A stretch of 64,000 bases of DNA from Amphiscolops sp. MND2022 (taxonomy: Eukaryota), in the NCBI GenBank assembly GCA_964187785.1, contig OZ076417.1, forward strand, positions 29,698,001-29,762,000, in the 5' to 3' direction. Position 1 is the stretch's first letter, and each line of letters starts with the position of its first letter. Below the pieces are notes generated by a model. That model made no database searches, was not told the DNA's origin, and saw only the letters and a program-made list of their open reading frames with translations. Below are positions 13,901-27,300 of the stretch, one piece after another. The position numbers and the translations under genes were made by a program.

Positions 13901-14515
13901 TTCCATTCACTTTTTTGCAGGTGGCTGGGGAAAAGAGCTATTTTTACACAAATAACAACTCACCCCAGATACTCTAATATAGTGTCGATAATTTACGTTT
14001 TCCTATATTCTATTTTGCGTTTCGTAAATTAGTATTTCAAAAAAAATTGCTGTCCTCATTTGATGACGAAAACGCTGTCGACGTTAACCCCAAATCTTAG
14101 TAGGTCATAGAACTTAAAAGCTCATTAAGAAACTTTAAATCGTAAGCTCACTCTTCAATTGGCATGTATACAATTCTCAAAGGGTTTTTGAATCCTAACA
14201 ATTTCAGACCTTTCTCTGAACCAAAACTGAATAAAGCGTTAACCATGACTCACTGTGATGTACCATATACTAATGCTCAGCTTTATACCAACTCATGTAT
14301 TCTTGAACTTTTACCGAAACCTGGTCGGATGATTTGACTCCAAAAAAATTCATCTCCATAGATTTTGTAGCCTGGACTTAGGACGTATACTTGTCTACCA
14401 TGCTTACTACTATGCATACCATCTTATTAGACTATCGGGTATTTTCGTTGTCTATCATCTTGAATTATAGAATGTAAATGTCCGTTAATACCATTACCAC
14501 CATTTTGTTTTTATA

Positions 14516-15372
14516 CCCAGTGTAACATATCTTGAAACTCTTGCCAAAAATTTTACCATTTCCTGAAACCCTTGGTAAGAATATGTGCGATCTTGCAAGA
14601 TAATGCCAAGAACTTCAAGATAAATACCACATTTTTTCTACTGAAAAAACGCACAAAAGGGTTTTTGGTACGAAAAAACTCTCAGGAAAAACCAAGAATC
14701 TTGTCAAGAAATCCAAGAAATTCCAAGAATCTTGTCAAGAAATCCAAGAAATGCCAAGAATTTTGGCAAGAAATACGGAAAACCCAAGAATTAGCGGGAA
14801 ACAGTAAGAGATGATCATGAATCAAATCGCTTGAAAAGGTCATAATTTTCATTAATTTTTGTAAAAGTAATGCTGCTATGCGCCACTTAAACATATAATT
14901 GTTGAACTGACATTAGTATACTGTCTTAGTATACTACAGTTCCACGTCTAAAAAGCCGATATGTCAATTGCTACCAAACTTTGTTTGTATCATTGCAACG
15001 TTATCAATCTGATTCAACATTTTGACTGCACAATACTTTTGGAAAAATTCCCTGATTTTATATTTGATATTTTTCCATTTTCAGCTGGAAATTTTATTAT
15101 AAACAAAATTTGTTCCATACGAACGCTCCTGGTTGATGTTTGATGAAATGCATAAATTATCACAGACATAAATGAAATGCTGAATGCAGATTTCACCTCC
15201 CGGATTTCTCGACAAGAATTTTGCCAATACTTTTGTCAAGAATTTCAAAATTTTTCATCGGTCCAAGATAATTCAAGATCTTATCAAGGTTTTCAGGAGG
15301 TAACGTGAATTTGCGGGAAAATCCAAGATTTTGGCAAGAGTTTCAAGATATTTTACACTTCACTTCACAGGG
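14516..15372. mobile_element. Non-autonomous CACTA/EnSpm-like element (CCC...GGG termini, TA flanks, subterminal TCTTGNCAAGA repeats)
   Basis: Left TA|cccagtgtaacatatcttgaaactcttgccaaaa; right ttttggcaagagtttcaagatattttacact..caggg|TA; many tcttg(t/c)caaga and ccaagaa repeats at 14690-14790 and 15200-15350. Confidence 0.7.
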
Positions 15373-15430
15373 TATCCACTTTGGCAAGAGTTTCAAGATA
15401 TTTTACACTTCACTTCACAGGGTATCCACT
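15331..15430. repeat. Perfect 50-bp tandem duplication of the element's right terminus
   Basis: ttggcaagagtttcaagatattttacacttcacttcacagggtatccact occurs at 15331-15380 and 15381-15430. Confidence 0.95.
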
Positions 15431-16846
15431 TCACACTGACATCATAATTTGCATCACTGCATTTGTTTTTAAGACCTGATACCTGCAGCTGTTAAAGTCT
15501 TCCCAAAGTTCTTCGACGTTCATTTCTAATCTGAAAGATATCTTGAAGTTTTCAAAAACACCAAACAAATCTGAGTGCTTGAAAATTCTGAAAGTTTCGC
15601 GGATCAAAAGGGTTAGAACATTCAAAAACGAAGAAGCTAGCTATGTACTATGCTTTTTGGGGTACAACTCTCAGTGTTCTGCCTAAACAACACTTAGGAA
15701 AGATCTCAAAGATTGAAAAAAAAAGGAAAAGATCCAAATTTTTCTGCTAATTTTGTGATGTTTTTGAAAACTTTCCAGGATTACTTTGTCAAAAAAACTA
15801 AAATAACAACTGCACTCGAGATCCCGTTGGTTTTTTGATGCGATGTTTGCAGATAATTTTTAAAAAATGAGTTTTTGAATTTTGACATTTTGAGTGGTGT
15901 TTGTGAAACGTTTTGTAAGCTTGATCGCAACGGAAGCTACAACGGATTTGTCAAGCTATGCAAAACGAATCTGAAGGAATTAATTTTGTTTTTCAGTTAG
16001 AACAACTCCTCGATCTGACCCAAAATTGTTAAAAATCCGCTTTTGAGTTTTTTTGGACGTTTCGAAAGAAGTTTTAATAGAAACTGGCTTGTTAAAATGG
16101 TGAAAAGATTCAAAAGCAGGCGAACACTTTATCAACTAGGCTGTTTTAAGCAAAAATGTCAGAAAGAACTCAAAATTGTCAAAATTCCGAAATTTGAATA
16201 CAATCGACCTTTTTCCTTGAAAATTTTGTAAAACATCAGGATTAGAATCTGGAAAAAACTCAATGACGAAGAATTTAGTTATCAGATATGCCTCTTCGTA
16301 GATATTCCAGCAGTTTGTGGTGAGACAAATCCCACAAACATTTCTCAATGTTTGACATTTTATTGATTGTTTGTTGACAATTCGAATACTTATTTTTCTA
16401 AATTTTCATAGAATACCTATTTTTAAAAGATATTTCCGAGTCTCAGAATCTCTAAACGATATAATTAGCCATAAAGTATGTTTTTAAAAAGAAGCATTGC
16501 CAGGTTTGTACGATAACAAGTATCTTAGAATGCACCAGATTATTCAACAAGCCGGAAACGGCCCAAGTCGACGCCACATCTAAGGCTCAAAAATAGCAAA
16601 AGGACTTCAAAGTGTCAAGTACTTTCCTCTACAGTACCCAAAAAAATTTCCAAAAATTTTTTGAATTTTTTTGAAGTTTCTGATAAGTCGCATGGTACCG
16701 AAAAATGTAAAAGGGACCCTTTGGCTGTTTTTCAACATCCATTCTTTTTCAAAATGGGAAAAAATGAAGGATGGACCCTTCGGAGACATTAAAAAAATTG
16801 CGAAAAAAAGTCTCACAAAGCCGAAAAAAATGTACACAAAAAAATT

Positions 16847-16890
16847 TGGTCAAGGGCGGGACTCGAACCCATGTCCTTCCGCTTGGCAAA
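16847..16890 (-). other. tRNA-Gly(GCC)-like 3' half with Pol III B-box inside a repeat (SINE- or Helentron-like)
   Basis: Minus strand TTTGCCAAGCGGAAGGACATGGGTTCGAGTCCCGCCCTTGACCA then AATTTTTT. It resembles the tRNA-Gly anticodon loop and T-arm; the D-arm and 5' acceptor half are not recognisable. Confidence 0.45.
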
Positions 16891-17325
16891 CCTCAAAAAG
16901 CCGTAACCTCTATTCCAGTGTGGTTTAGTGTTAGTGCCAGACAATGTTAGTGCCAGACAGCAGTGTTAGTGCTTACTTATAAAATTTATAAAATCTGTCA
17001 GTTCGTTGGTCTTAAAAAAAGTCACTACTATAGTCTGCGTTTTTCTTCGAAAAGCGCCGACTAAAAAACCTGAACGCCGTATTTCATGCCTTTTTTAGTG
17101 ATCCATTCCAGCGATTCAAGCAACGACTGAAACCAATGTCGGGGAGGATGCTTGAAAAGAAATCTGCAACTTCTTAAAAAAGTACCTCAAAATGACAGCA
17201 ACGTTTTCGGAAACAACCGGCACTTTCCATTTTTGACAGTTTCAGTGGAGTTTTACAGGTGTAAACATTCATAAACAAGTGTCGGATTAGAGAAGTCAAA
17301 AAGCTCATTACAAGTAAATACATTA

Positions 17326-17376
17326 TGCATTACCGTTTTCGAAAGAACATCATGTTCTTTCGAAAACGGTAATGCA
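17326..17376. repeat. Perfect 51-bp palindrome (25-bp arms, 1-nt centre)
   Basis: tgcattaccgttttcgaaagaacat-c-atgttctttcgaaaacggtaatgca. Confidence 0.9.
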
Positions 17377-17589
17377 ATGTTGTTTGCAGAACATGATTTC
17401 GGAATGACCCATAGATATTACAATTTTCAGTATGCTGTTACATGATGTTTGCAGGTTACATGATGCAATTACCTGATGTTTGCAGAAAATGATTTCGGAA
17501 TGACCCGTAGATATTGCACTTTTAAGTTCTGTGTTCTGCAAAGGTTGTAAAAAGTTTCACGAAATGGGAGATTATGAAAATATAAGTGT

Positions 17590-17925
17590 TCAAAGACGCT
17601 GGAACTCAAATTCAGTGTGTCTCACCTATAGCCCTAATCTTTTTAAGGGGGACTAGACCTCTCCATCAGCCAAAATGTAACAAAAAAGGAAAAAATTATT
17701 GTTTCCGGAAATTTTGTGTTTAGCAATTAAAATACACAGGATGCGGGAAAACAAAAAATGTGAAAGTATTTACAAAATGCGATGGGAAAATATTCATCCA
17801 AGATACATGTATGTCTTTTACTAATTTGAACTATAATTTGAGCTCATTTATTTGAAGGAATGGCTCATCGATATCAAATGAAATTCTATTCAGAACATAA
17901 CAACGCATGCCTTGATTTCACAGGG
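17590..17925. repeat. Diverged third copy of the interspersed repeat also found at ~24670-24960 and ~27010-27300
   Basis: Shared tgtgtctcacc.atagccctaatctttt, tgtgt.tagca.ttaaa, tgtgaaagtatttacaaaatg and attc.attcagaacat. Confidence 0.7.
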
Positions 17926-18514
17926 AAAAATTAACAAGAGCGTTAAACACGCAAGCGCAAATAAATAAGGCACAGTAAGAGAAATATAAAGGCTACGGAA
18001 CAAAATCATATGAAAACATCTTTGAAATTAGCATCGAATATTTTATTCAAATTATGCACCGGTCGATGGTAGACTCCTGTAACGGTTTTTAGATGATGTA
18101 TTCGGTCGATGGTAGACTCCTGTTGGCCGGTGTAGACATGTTGAATTTTAGCTAATGACCACTGGAGTGGAGGAACATTGTCGTCAATTACAAAACAAAT
18201 ATCACCCAGCTCTTAAGTTAGCAGTTTCGTTTTTCCGTTTATTTCTTTCTTGCAGGGAGAGTACTTACACTTTGACCCATCTTCTCCAAAATTGAGAGAC
18301 CATTTTCAGGAATTGTATCCATCTTTTTGTAGGTGAATGTGTACTGTCAGGATTTTTCATATCATTAGTAGTCTGGATCAAGGGTACACTCTCCAACTTT
18401 CCAATTAAGCAGAAATGAGCAGGAGATAAGAAAAACTCGTCATTTGTAACTTCTGATAATGGGCAGGTTGGTCTTGAGCTCAAAATCATTTCAATTCGAC
18501 AAAGTAGAGTACAT

Positions 18515-20650
18515 TATTCTTCATAGGAGAGAACTTTGTTTCCCATAACTTTTCAGAGATGTATCTTTGCGCACTTGATTGCTGATTCCCAAAGGCCACT
18601 AAAGTGAGCAGCTCTTGGAGGGATGAAGAACCACTGCAAGCCTGCTGCTTAAGCCTGCAAGGAGCCACAGTGTTCATATACTTGCAGGTCTGCTATTTCT
18701 TTCTCCGAACAAACAACGGTTTTACATAAACACTACAAAAATTTTAACTATTAATAATATAAAACACGACAACCTCTACGAGAGACGAATCTTCTAATGG
18801 TTGCATTACATGCTGCTGCACTAAGGTCAGAGACTAGTTCCAAGTGCACTTCTTACCAGGTAGGATGTTTCTGAAGAATTTGGAGATTTCCTACAAAGGA
18901 AAGGACCAGCGAAGTCTAGACTTACGTCCTAAAAAGCCTCCAGAGGAGGGTCCATTTCCATTACGATACATATGTCGCGAAAGTGGAGTTTGTCATCAAG
19001 TGTAAAGTGTACTTTCCGTAAAACGAGAGCGAACCGTATTCTAGTCAAACAGTTCATAGTGTAAAGTTCACTAGTGTACAGTGTACAGTGCATAGTGTAC
19101 AGTCCAAGTCACACAGTGTAACGAGCAAATTACGTAATGCGTATTTGAAACAATGACGCGTTTTTATTGGCTTTTAATCGAACTAGCAAGATCTTGCTAG
19201 TTCGTTGCGGCAAATGTATCGTAATGTCTGCCTTTGGAAGATATCCCATCAAGGGAAATCTGTTTTCGATTTGAAGCGATTACGTGTGACACAATTCATT
19301 ATCATTTTTTTCGAACCAAATTTCTACAACTGGGAATCCAAAAACGAATTCTAAAATGGCAATTGTTGGGCTAGTCCCACCATGGAGTGTCATCTGGTGA
19401 GATTTCAAAACAACTAGGCGTGCGAGGTGACTGTTTTGAGAAACTGGTCTTCGAAATTTGTTTTCTTCACGTAACTTTGCCTGTAACAGTCTTCCTCCAA
19501 CACAAAGAAGACCGTTATCGAGAAAGGGATTAAGTTTGTTTTACGTATTTTACGCTTAAGCTTCACTTGTTGTGCAATTTCTAGAGTTTATATTTCTTCC
19601 GAATATCGTTTCTTTTGTTCCTGGTGAATCAAAATTATGATTGACTTTGTTAACTCAGGGCAGTAATGTAATGTTTTACTTAATGCAGTAAAACAACCTT
19701 GTTCTTCTTCAGTTTGTCAATAAAACGTCTAGCGCTATTCTTCAAAGGAGGGAATTTTGTTTCCCTTAACTTTTCGGAGATGTATCTTTGCGCACTTGAT
19801 TGCTGATTCCATAGGCCACTAAAGTGAGCAGCTCTTGGAGGGATGAAGAACCACTTGATGTGCAAGCCTGCTGCTTAAACCTGCAAGGAGCCACAGTGTT
19901 CATGTAAATGCAGGTCTGCTATTTCTTTCTCCGAACAAACAACGTTTTTCCATTAACACTACAAAAATTTCAACTAGTAACACTATAAAACACGACAACC
20001 TCTACGAGAGACGAATCTTCTAATGGCTTCATTACATTCTAGCTGCACTAGGTTCAGAGACTAGTTCCAAGTGCACTTCTTTACTAGCAAAGCACACAAA
20101 AAGTGCCAAGTAGGATGTTTCAGAAAAATTTGGAGATTTCCTACAAAAGAAAGGACCAGCGAAGTCCAGGCGTACGTCCTAAAAAGCTTTCAGAGGAAGG
20201 TCCATTTCTGCCTTTGGAAGATGTCCCATCAAGTGGAAATCTGTTTTCGATTTAAAGCCATAACGTGTGACACAATTCATTATCATTTTTCGAACCAACT
20301 TTCTACAACTGGAAAACCAAAAACGAATTTTATTACGGCAATTGTTTGACTGTCATGAGGAATTAGTCTTCAAAATTGGTTTTCGTCGGGCAACTTTGCA
20401 TGTAACAGCCTTCCTCTAACACAAAAAAGACCGTTATCGAGAAAGGAATTTAGTTTACGTATTTTACGCTTAGGCTTCACTTGTTATGCAATTTCTAGAG
20501 TTTATATTTCTTCCGAATATCGTTTCTATTGTTCCTAGTGAATCAAATTTATGATTGACTTTAATAACTCTGTGGCAGTAATGTAACGTTTTACTTAATG
20601 CAGTAAAATAACCACGTTCTTCTTCAGTTTGTCAATAAAACGTCTAGCGT
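18515..20650. repeat. Tandem duplication of a ~1-kb BEL integrase segment (copy 1 ~18515-19736, copy 2 ~19737-20650)
   Basis: Blocks such as gcgcacttgattgctgattcc, cacgacaacctctacgagagacgaatcttctaatgg and gtcaataaaacgtctagcg each occur twice; the copies differ by substitutions and indels. Confidence 0.85.
18959..19226. mobile_element. 268-bp MITE with TIRs and a 2-bp TC target duplication
   Basis: TIR cattacgatacat.tg.cgc / gcggcaaatgtatcgtaatg. The filled site ccattTC|MITE|TCtgcc contrasts with the empty site ccatttctgcc (~20200) in the duplicate copy. Confidence 0.85.
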
Positions 20651-23600
20651 AAGCAAGAATTCGAAGGACTTTGTATAAGGAGTTAAACTTCAACAAATCA
20701 TTTTTGGTATCTCTGTTAGATTCGACTTTTCCACTCTTCAGATGTTTCAAAAAGAGACGACGATTTGGGAAGTTCTCCTATTTATAACGACATCGGGCCA
20801 TTCCACCATAAATCATCATTAATGATATGGTCAAATTTGATTCCTCGAGATGCAGGATCCGCAGGATTATCCTCGGAACACACATGATTCCAATTCAACT
20901 TGGTTTCACTTTGAGTTTCACTGTTTCGGTTCGAAACAAACTCTGACGAACGAGATGGCTTTTTCACAACCAACAGAGAACTACTGTCGAATCAGTCCAA
21001 GCAAAGGTTTCTTCAATAAAACTGGCGTTTGAGCAATGGATTTAACAACGGAATGAAATATCCTAGTACCTAGCAACGCAGCACATATTTCCAATTTCGG
21101 AATAGATTGTGTTTTCACGGTAGCTACCTTGGGTTTAGCAACAAGCAATGACGACTTGCGCCTGCCATGAGAGTCAATGGCTGCAATATAAATGCAAGCG
21201 GCATAAGCCTTTTCTGAAGCATCACAGAAGAAGTGCAGTTCAGTTTTGTCTGATCAATCCATCAAACAATGCAAATCGTTGCAATTCCAGGTACCTTAAT
21301 GGGATCAATTTCGATCTCCACATCAAATAATGGTCGACCAATTCGGAAGGAAGTTCATCATCCCATGAAATATTTGCATCCCAAGCCATTTGCATTAACT
21401 GGTTCAAGAAAATGGCAACTGGTGATAACCAACCCAAGGGCTCAAAAGTCTTTGAAATGTCACTGAGCATTTGTATTTTGATCAAAAACTTTCCTTGAAA
21501 GTTATCCCTTTCCAAATGGGGAAACCTTGAAAACGAGGCAACCTTCGATATGTTGCCAAACAATACCGTGCGTTTTGATGATATGGTCTTTATCTAAAAA
21601 TTCCAAATTATCATCGGATTCTCTGTACTCCGGCGGAAGATCAAGAATAATGCTTGATTCATTCGAAGTCCACTTGCGGAGATTGAATCTTCCTCGTTTC
21701 AGAGTTTCTATTAATTGCTCTTGGCGTCCTCGAGCTTCATCAATCGAATTGGCTCCAGTGAGAATGCCATCAACATGGATTTCGCTCAATACAGCACTTT
21801 GCACCTCAATGGTTACTTCCGAAAAATTGGCACATTCTCGCAAAGATTGGTTTGACTGATAAGATGAAGAAGCTACGCCATATCTAACTCGGGTTTTGCG
21901 TTTCAACCGGACCATCAGCTGTAAATCTCAAGTAAATCCGACGAAAGTTGATCGGCTTTATACATCTTCGCTATATCAGCCGATAAAGTAACCTTGAAGA
22001 AACGGACTCGTACTTGGATATTGAACAAATCATCTTGGAGTTTGGGGCCAACTAGCAGATAATCATTAAACGAAAAACTAGTTGTTGTTTTAGCACTAGC
22101 GTCAAACACAAGACTCAGCTTGGTGGTTGTACCATCTTCTTTCAGCAGGCAATGATGAGGCAGGTAGAAGTTTGGAGAATAGTTATTTTCCACGGGTCGG
22201 ACTTGCTCCAAGTGTCCTGTCAAGGTCATTGAATTCTTAAACGAACGCTGAAAACGTTCGAAAAAGGTCGACATTGTGGGACAAAGTATATTCAAGACGA
22301 ATGAAACGCTTCATTGCGTTGGCTTTCAAAAGACATGACCTTTCGGGGTCCATCTTTAAATGGCATCTGTACTACAAAACGGCAGTCTTCATTGTGTCTT
22401 GAACTGCTATCGAAGTGCTCGTCACAATGACGCTCATCCGAAGTTAAGTTTCTAGTTTCAGGGACACTTTCTTGTTCCAAAAATTGCAAAAGGAGTTGGT
22501 CAGAATCACAATTTGGGGTTGTAGTAAAGTGGGACACCACCCAACCAAATCTGAAATCTTGAGTGCACAAGCCGTTATCTTTTTTTTTTGTTATCAAGCA
22601 AAATGTCTTCTAAAACAACCGCACCTAGAAAGAGATCAATCGTTTTAGGAAAGTTGAAAGTGGGATCAGCTGAGTTAAGATTGTTCACATGGCGCATGGT
22701 CAAAACGGAGCTTTCTTTATCGGGAAAGGTATTTGAGTTTCATAGTACGAGATGAAGTTTAACTTCCATTATGTGATCCAACGTCACTGGCGATAAGCTT
22801 CGAGTCTTTAGAAAATGGGAAGCACCCATGGTAGAAACATTTGATTAGTTGCGCTGAGTTGGCAGCTTGAGCGCTTTTGCTACATTTTCGGTTATTAAAC
22901 TGACTTGGGAACCGGAATCTAAGAGAGCACCCAGCTTGATTGCGCCCCGTTGAATTTCGAATTGTTACAAAAGATGTAGAAAGAAGAACAGTGTTCATTT
23001 CATTGTCAGCTCTAAAGTGCCCTGTCTTGAATTGCTTTGTAGATACCATTTGTTGGAAGCTGAATTCATACTTGAATAAGTTTGTGTAGTGATGTGTTGA
23101 TCAGGGAGCTAATTCTGAGGTGGATGAAGGAAGGTGTCGTGTTTCATCTTGCACTCACGGCAAGCGAAAATAGATGGCACGCATTTGACTAGTGTTCTTA
23201 TTGAACGCAGTTAAAACATTTTTTTTTGTCTTTAACGAACTTATGTCTATCAGCAAGACACATACCTCTGAATTTTGAACAAGCGTAAAGGCGATGATCC
23301 TCCTGGCAAGAATCACACGATGAGCCTTGAACAGCCTTATTCTGAACCCTTTTTGGCAGAGTTTGGTTCCCTTGATTGCAGGGAGGTGTCACAGCTAGTT
23401 GCGGTGTTACCTTTGTGCCACTCGATTCGAGTGCACGGCTTTTGTGTCAAGGAAAGTTGACAATAATTCCCTTGACAAAACCTCAGTGCCGGGAGTATCC
23501 AGCTGCCACTGCTTGCTTGACTCTGAATTCATCTTGTCGGTCAGAACAAATTATAAGATATCATTCCAATGCTCTACTGGTTGACCAAATTCAACAAGTT

Positions 23601-24344
23601 CTCGTGGATGCTCTTTGGTAAGTTAAAAAAAATTTCTCAATCCAAGAGCGAATTCGGTTTTCAAAACTAGCTGCCAAAATTTTGCTTGCAAATGAGCTTG
23701 AATGATGCTCCTTTTCGTTTCATATCGATCTTTTAACAACGTCAAAGTAATTTTGTAGTTTGTGTCAGATATCCAGGTTGAAGTATTTAACCTCGCTGCT
23801 TCACCCGTTCTACATGCTTTCAGATAGTTTAAAATTTCTGAATTGGAAAGATGGGAATTAGAATCGGTCGAAAAAACTCATCCAGTCAGTGTAGGATCCA
23901 GTGAATGTTGGTAGCTGAAATTCGGAAGCTTCCTTCTACTCGATGTTGCGGAATTGGTTGAAAAAAGGTCTGTTGAAAACACAAGGGGACGCGTATCACG
24001 TTGTTTTTTATAATTACCAATCAAAGCAGACAACCTAGCAATGGTAACACTAGCAGCAACATTGAACTCCAATTGCTGTTCCACTTCATTGGCTAACTCA
24101 TCTTCTATCAATATTTGAATTTCGGCTTCGAATTTATGAATCCTTGAAATTCTATCTTGTAATGTCTCTAGCAAAACTTCACTTTGAAATACTTTAGTTG
24201 AAGAGTCAATAGCAGTGAACGTAAGGTCATGAACTCTTTGTTCCATTCTATCGAAAGCACCTTTGACCATCTCTGATGCGAGTAAATTTTCTACCTTCAA
24301 TAGTTGGTTGCGCGGAAGCACTGCTTTCAGTTACCGACATATAT

Positions 24345-27300
24345 ACTTCGTAAAGATATGACTTTATCTGTATCCGAAAGGTTATGAGGTTAAAACAAAG
24401 CATAAGCTTTCAAGGAAATCAAGAGTTTTTTCTCCGTTAAAGAAACAAAATGCTTTAGGTTGTAAATTGGAAAGAACTAACCGGAGAATGACAACCAATA
24501 CTGGATGAAGCTGAGACTAACAGAGTGAAAGTTTTGCAGATTCGTTACTTGGTAATTAGTAACTTGACAATCGAGTGATAGTTTTGTAAGGACAACTTTT
24601 GGTACAAAGTTCCAAAAAGTAGTTTTTTTTCGAAAATTCAAAGTTCGTAAGTCGGGGTCTAGGGTCAACGACAATGTGTCTCACCGATAGCCCTAATCTT
24701 TTAAAAGCGGACCAGGCCGCTCGATCATCAAAAAGAGTAATAGAAAAGGAAAAAACTATTATTCCCGGGAAAATGTGTCTAGCAGTTAAAACACACTGGA
24801 TGCGGAAAACATCAGACACCTGTGAAATTTTTTACAAAATGGGAAAATAAGTATCTAAGATACATATATGATCTTTTACAATTTTGAGCTAATATTTGAA
24901 CTGATTTACTTGAAGCAATGACTCATCCATTCCAAATGGAATTCCATTCAGAACATTCAGAAATATATACAAGCTGATTTTTACAGTTTGTGTTAGAGAT
25001 TAGTTTACAGAGTCTGAAACTACAGAATCATTGTTTTTTCATGCGTTTTCGTAGTGTATTGAAAACATTTACTAGAAAAAGATTCAAATTTTTCGAAGAC
25101 CAAAACCCTACATAACCAACGAAAACCTTTGGCACCAAAACGTAAAAGACAATCGATTTGGGTAACGAAGGCGTTCATGACGCGTCAATTTCTGATAAAT
25201 TCAATTAACGAAAAAAAACTAAGAAGCAAAAGTCACTCGAAGTGTTTTCAACAATTCAGGGGATTTTGGATTTCGATATGGAAACAAAATTTCGAAAGGG
25301 AATTCACATTGTTTTCGAGGAACTTGAGAACGTTTTGAACATCACTAATATCACAAACTTACTGGACAGAACAAAAACATCTTTTAATCATTTAAACCGC
25401 TACACGGTTTAAATTACACCGTTACAGTGTAACCGCTACACGAACAAAATTTTTACACTTCAGAATTTTAATTACTTCCGATAGCAACGCATCTGTCGCT
25501 CCAACCTAGTTGCCGAAACTTTCCAACTACATCATAAAACACTCCCAGCACAAAGTGAATTCACCATTGTGCTGATTGTCTAACAAGTCAACATTTTGCT
25601 GTGAAACTTCACAACTTTTCTTCTCCACTTCCATTTTATTGAAAACGCACCGGATTTTAACTTTCGAATCTCAATGGATACTAAAGGACCAATCTATCCA
25701 ACGTCTCATGGCAGTAGTTGCCTTATTGATGCATTCAGTCATGTGTGTCTTACAAATCCCACTTTTCACAACTCTAATGTCCTTCAAACCCTTCTCCATC
25801 TTTGGATTACACAAGTTGGTCGGCCAATTATATAGTCACAGACTGCGGCACAGAATCTAATGACCAAGATACGACGCACCGCTGCTGTTTTCTCCTGAAT
25901 TTATTCATGCTTCCAGAGCTCCTCATACCCCAAGACTAATGGCCTATTAGAAACCGTAAAACGCAATCCTGGAACACATCTCCGTTTCTTAAGAGATCCC
26001 AACTAATTGTTCTTTTTTAGCCCGAATGTAAGCTTTTACTCCCAATATATCTTTTCTTTCGCAAAATAAACCCTCTCCTTGCCAAACTATTTTTCGTTCA
26101 CACCTTCGAATTTCAATACCAATCGAATTTCCTACTAAAAGGAACTTTTTGACTACAAAATGAAACTCTTTGAAGAAATGCTTTGCCACATAAGGTGATT
26201 GACTATCCTAGCCTCACTCACTATAGTGATTAGGATCCCAGTCAATTTTTCGTTCACTTGTTTCCAAATAGACTTCTACCTGGCTCCTTTCCACAGAAAA
26301 CGCTTCGTTAGAACTTTATTCCACTGTAAAACAAGTATTCGAAATCAATTTCACTAACACACCCCCATATTTGAAACAACTACCTCTCAATAAATTTGTT
26401 ATACGTGATTTATGTTTCAACAACACTGTTGCTAATTTTTTGGGGTAGGAGCTATGTTGTTATTTGATTTATGGGAAGTCAAGGAGTTGTCATGTGAACA
26501 AACTAACTGATTCGTATTTTTAGGAAAACCATGATCCAGAAAAAAAGCCAATTTGAGCGTACCACTTTGATTATAGGGGTTCAAATTCAAAGAAGAAATG
26601 GCCGTGATATAGTTTTCAAGAGTATTGCGGTTATCAAAATCCAGACTTTTAAAGCTCTTTTTAGTAAACTTGCACCGAATACTTTTATCATGGGTGAAGC
26701 CGTTCAAATTCTTTTAGGGGTAAGTTCAATCAGAAACTTCGTAAAGATATGACTTTATCTGTATCCGAAAGGTTAGGAGGTTAAATCAAATGCTTTAGGT
26801 TGTAAATTGGAAAGAACTAACCGGAGAATGACAACCAATACTGGATGAAGCTGACACTAACAGAGTGAAAGATTTGCAGATTCGTTACTTGGTAATTAGT
26901 AACTTGACAATCGAGTGATCGTTTTGTAAGGACAACTTTTGGTACAAAGTTCCAAAAAGTAGTTTCTTTTCGAAAATTCAAAGTTCGTAAGTCGGGGTCT
27001 ATGGCCAATGACAATGTGTCTCACCAATAGCCCTAATCTTTTAAAGGCGGACCAGGCCGTTCGATCATCCAAAAGAGTAATAGAAAAGGAAAATTTATTA
27101 TTACCGGAAAAATTGTGTTTAGCAGTTAAACCACACATAATGCGGAAAACAAAAAACACATGTGAAAGTATTTACAAAATGGGGAAAATATTTATCAAAG
27201 ATACCTATATGATCTTTTTTTACATTTGAGCTAAATTTTGAGCGATTTACTTGAAGCAATGACTCATCCATTCCAAATGGAATTCCATTCAGAACATTCA

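Larger units (their letters stand above)
18050..24330 (-). mobile_element. Decayed BEL/Pao LTR retrotransposon internal region (gag-PR-RT-RNaseH-IN); LTRs not found
   Basis: Minus-strand motifs in BEL order: Gag Zn-knuckles (CDSCQEDHRLYAC, CFNC); YLPHHCLLKED..TTKLSLVFDASAKT..GPKLQ..ADIAKMY; HVDGILTGA (YVDD-like); LSDISKTFEPLGWLSP; NHVCSEDNPADPASRG..LWWNGP; IKWFFIPPRAAHFSGLW; LSSRP..LSPAHF..FWRRW. Confidence 0.9.

Noticed and set aside
16847-16920. Functional tRNA gene
   Set aside because: Only the anticodon loop, T-arm and 3' acceptor side resemble a tRNA; the 5' half does not pair.
17930-18002. 3' LTR of the BEL element starting TGTTCCGTAG (minus strand)
   Set aside because: No PPT upstream and no matching 5' LTR beyond 24330.
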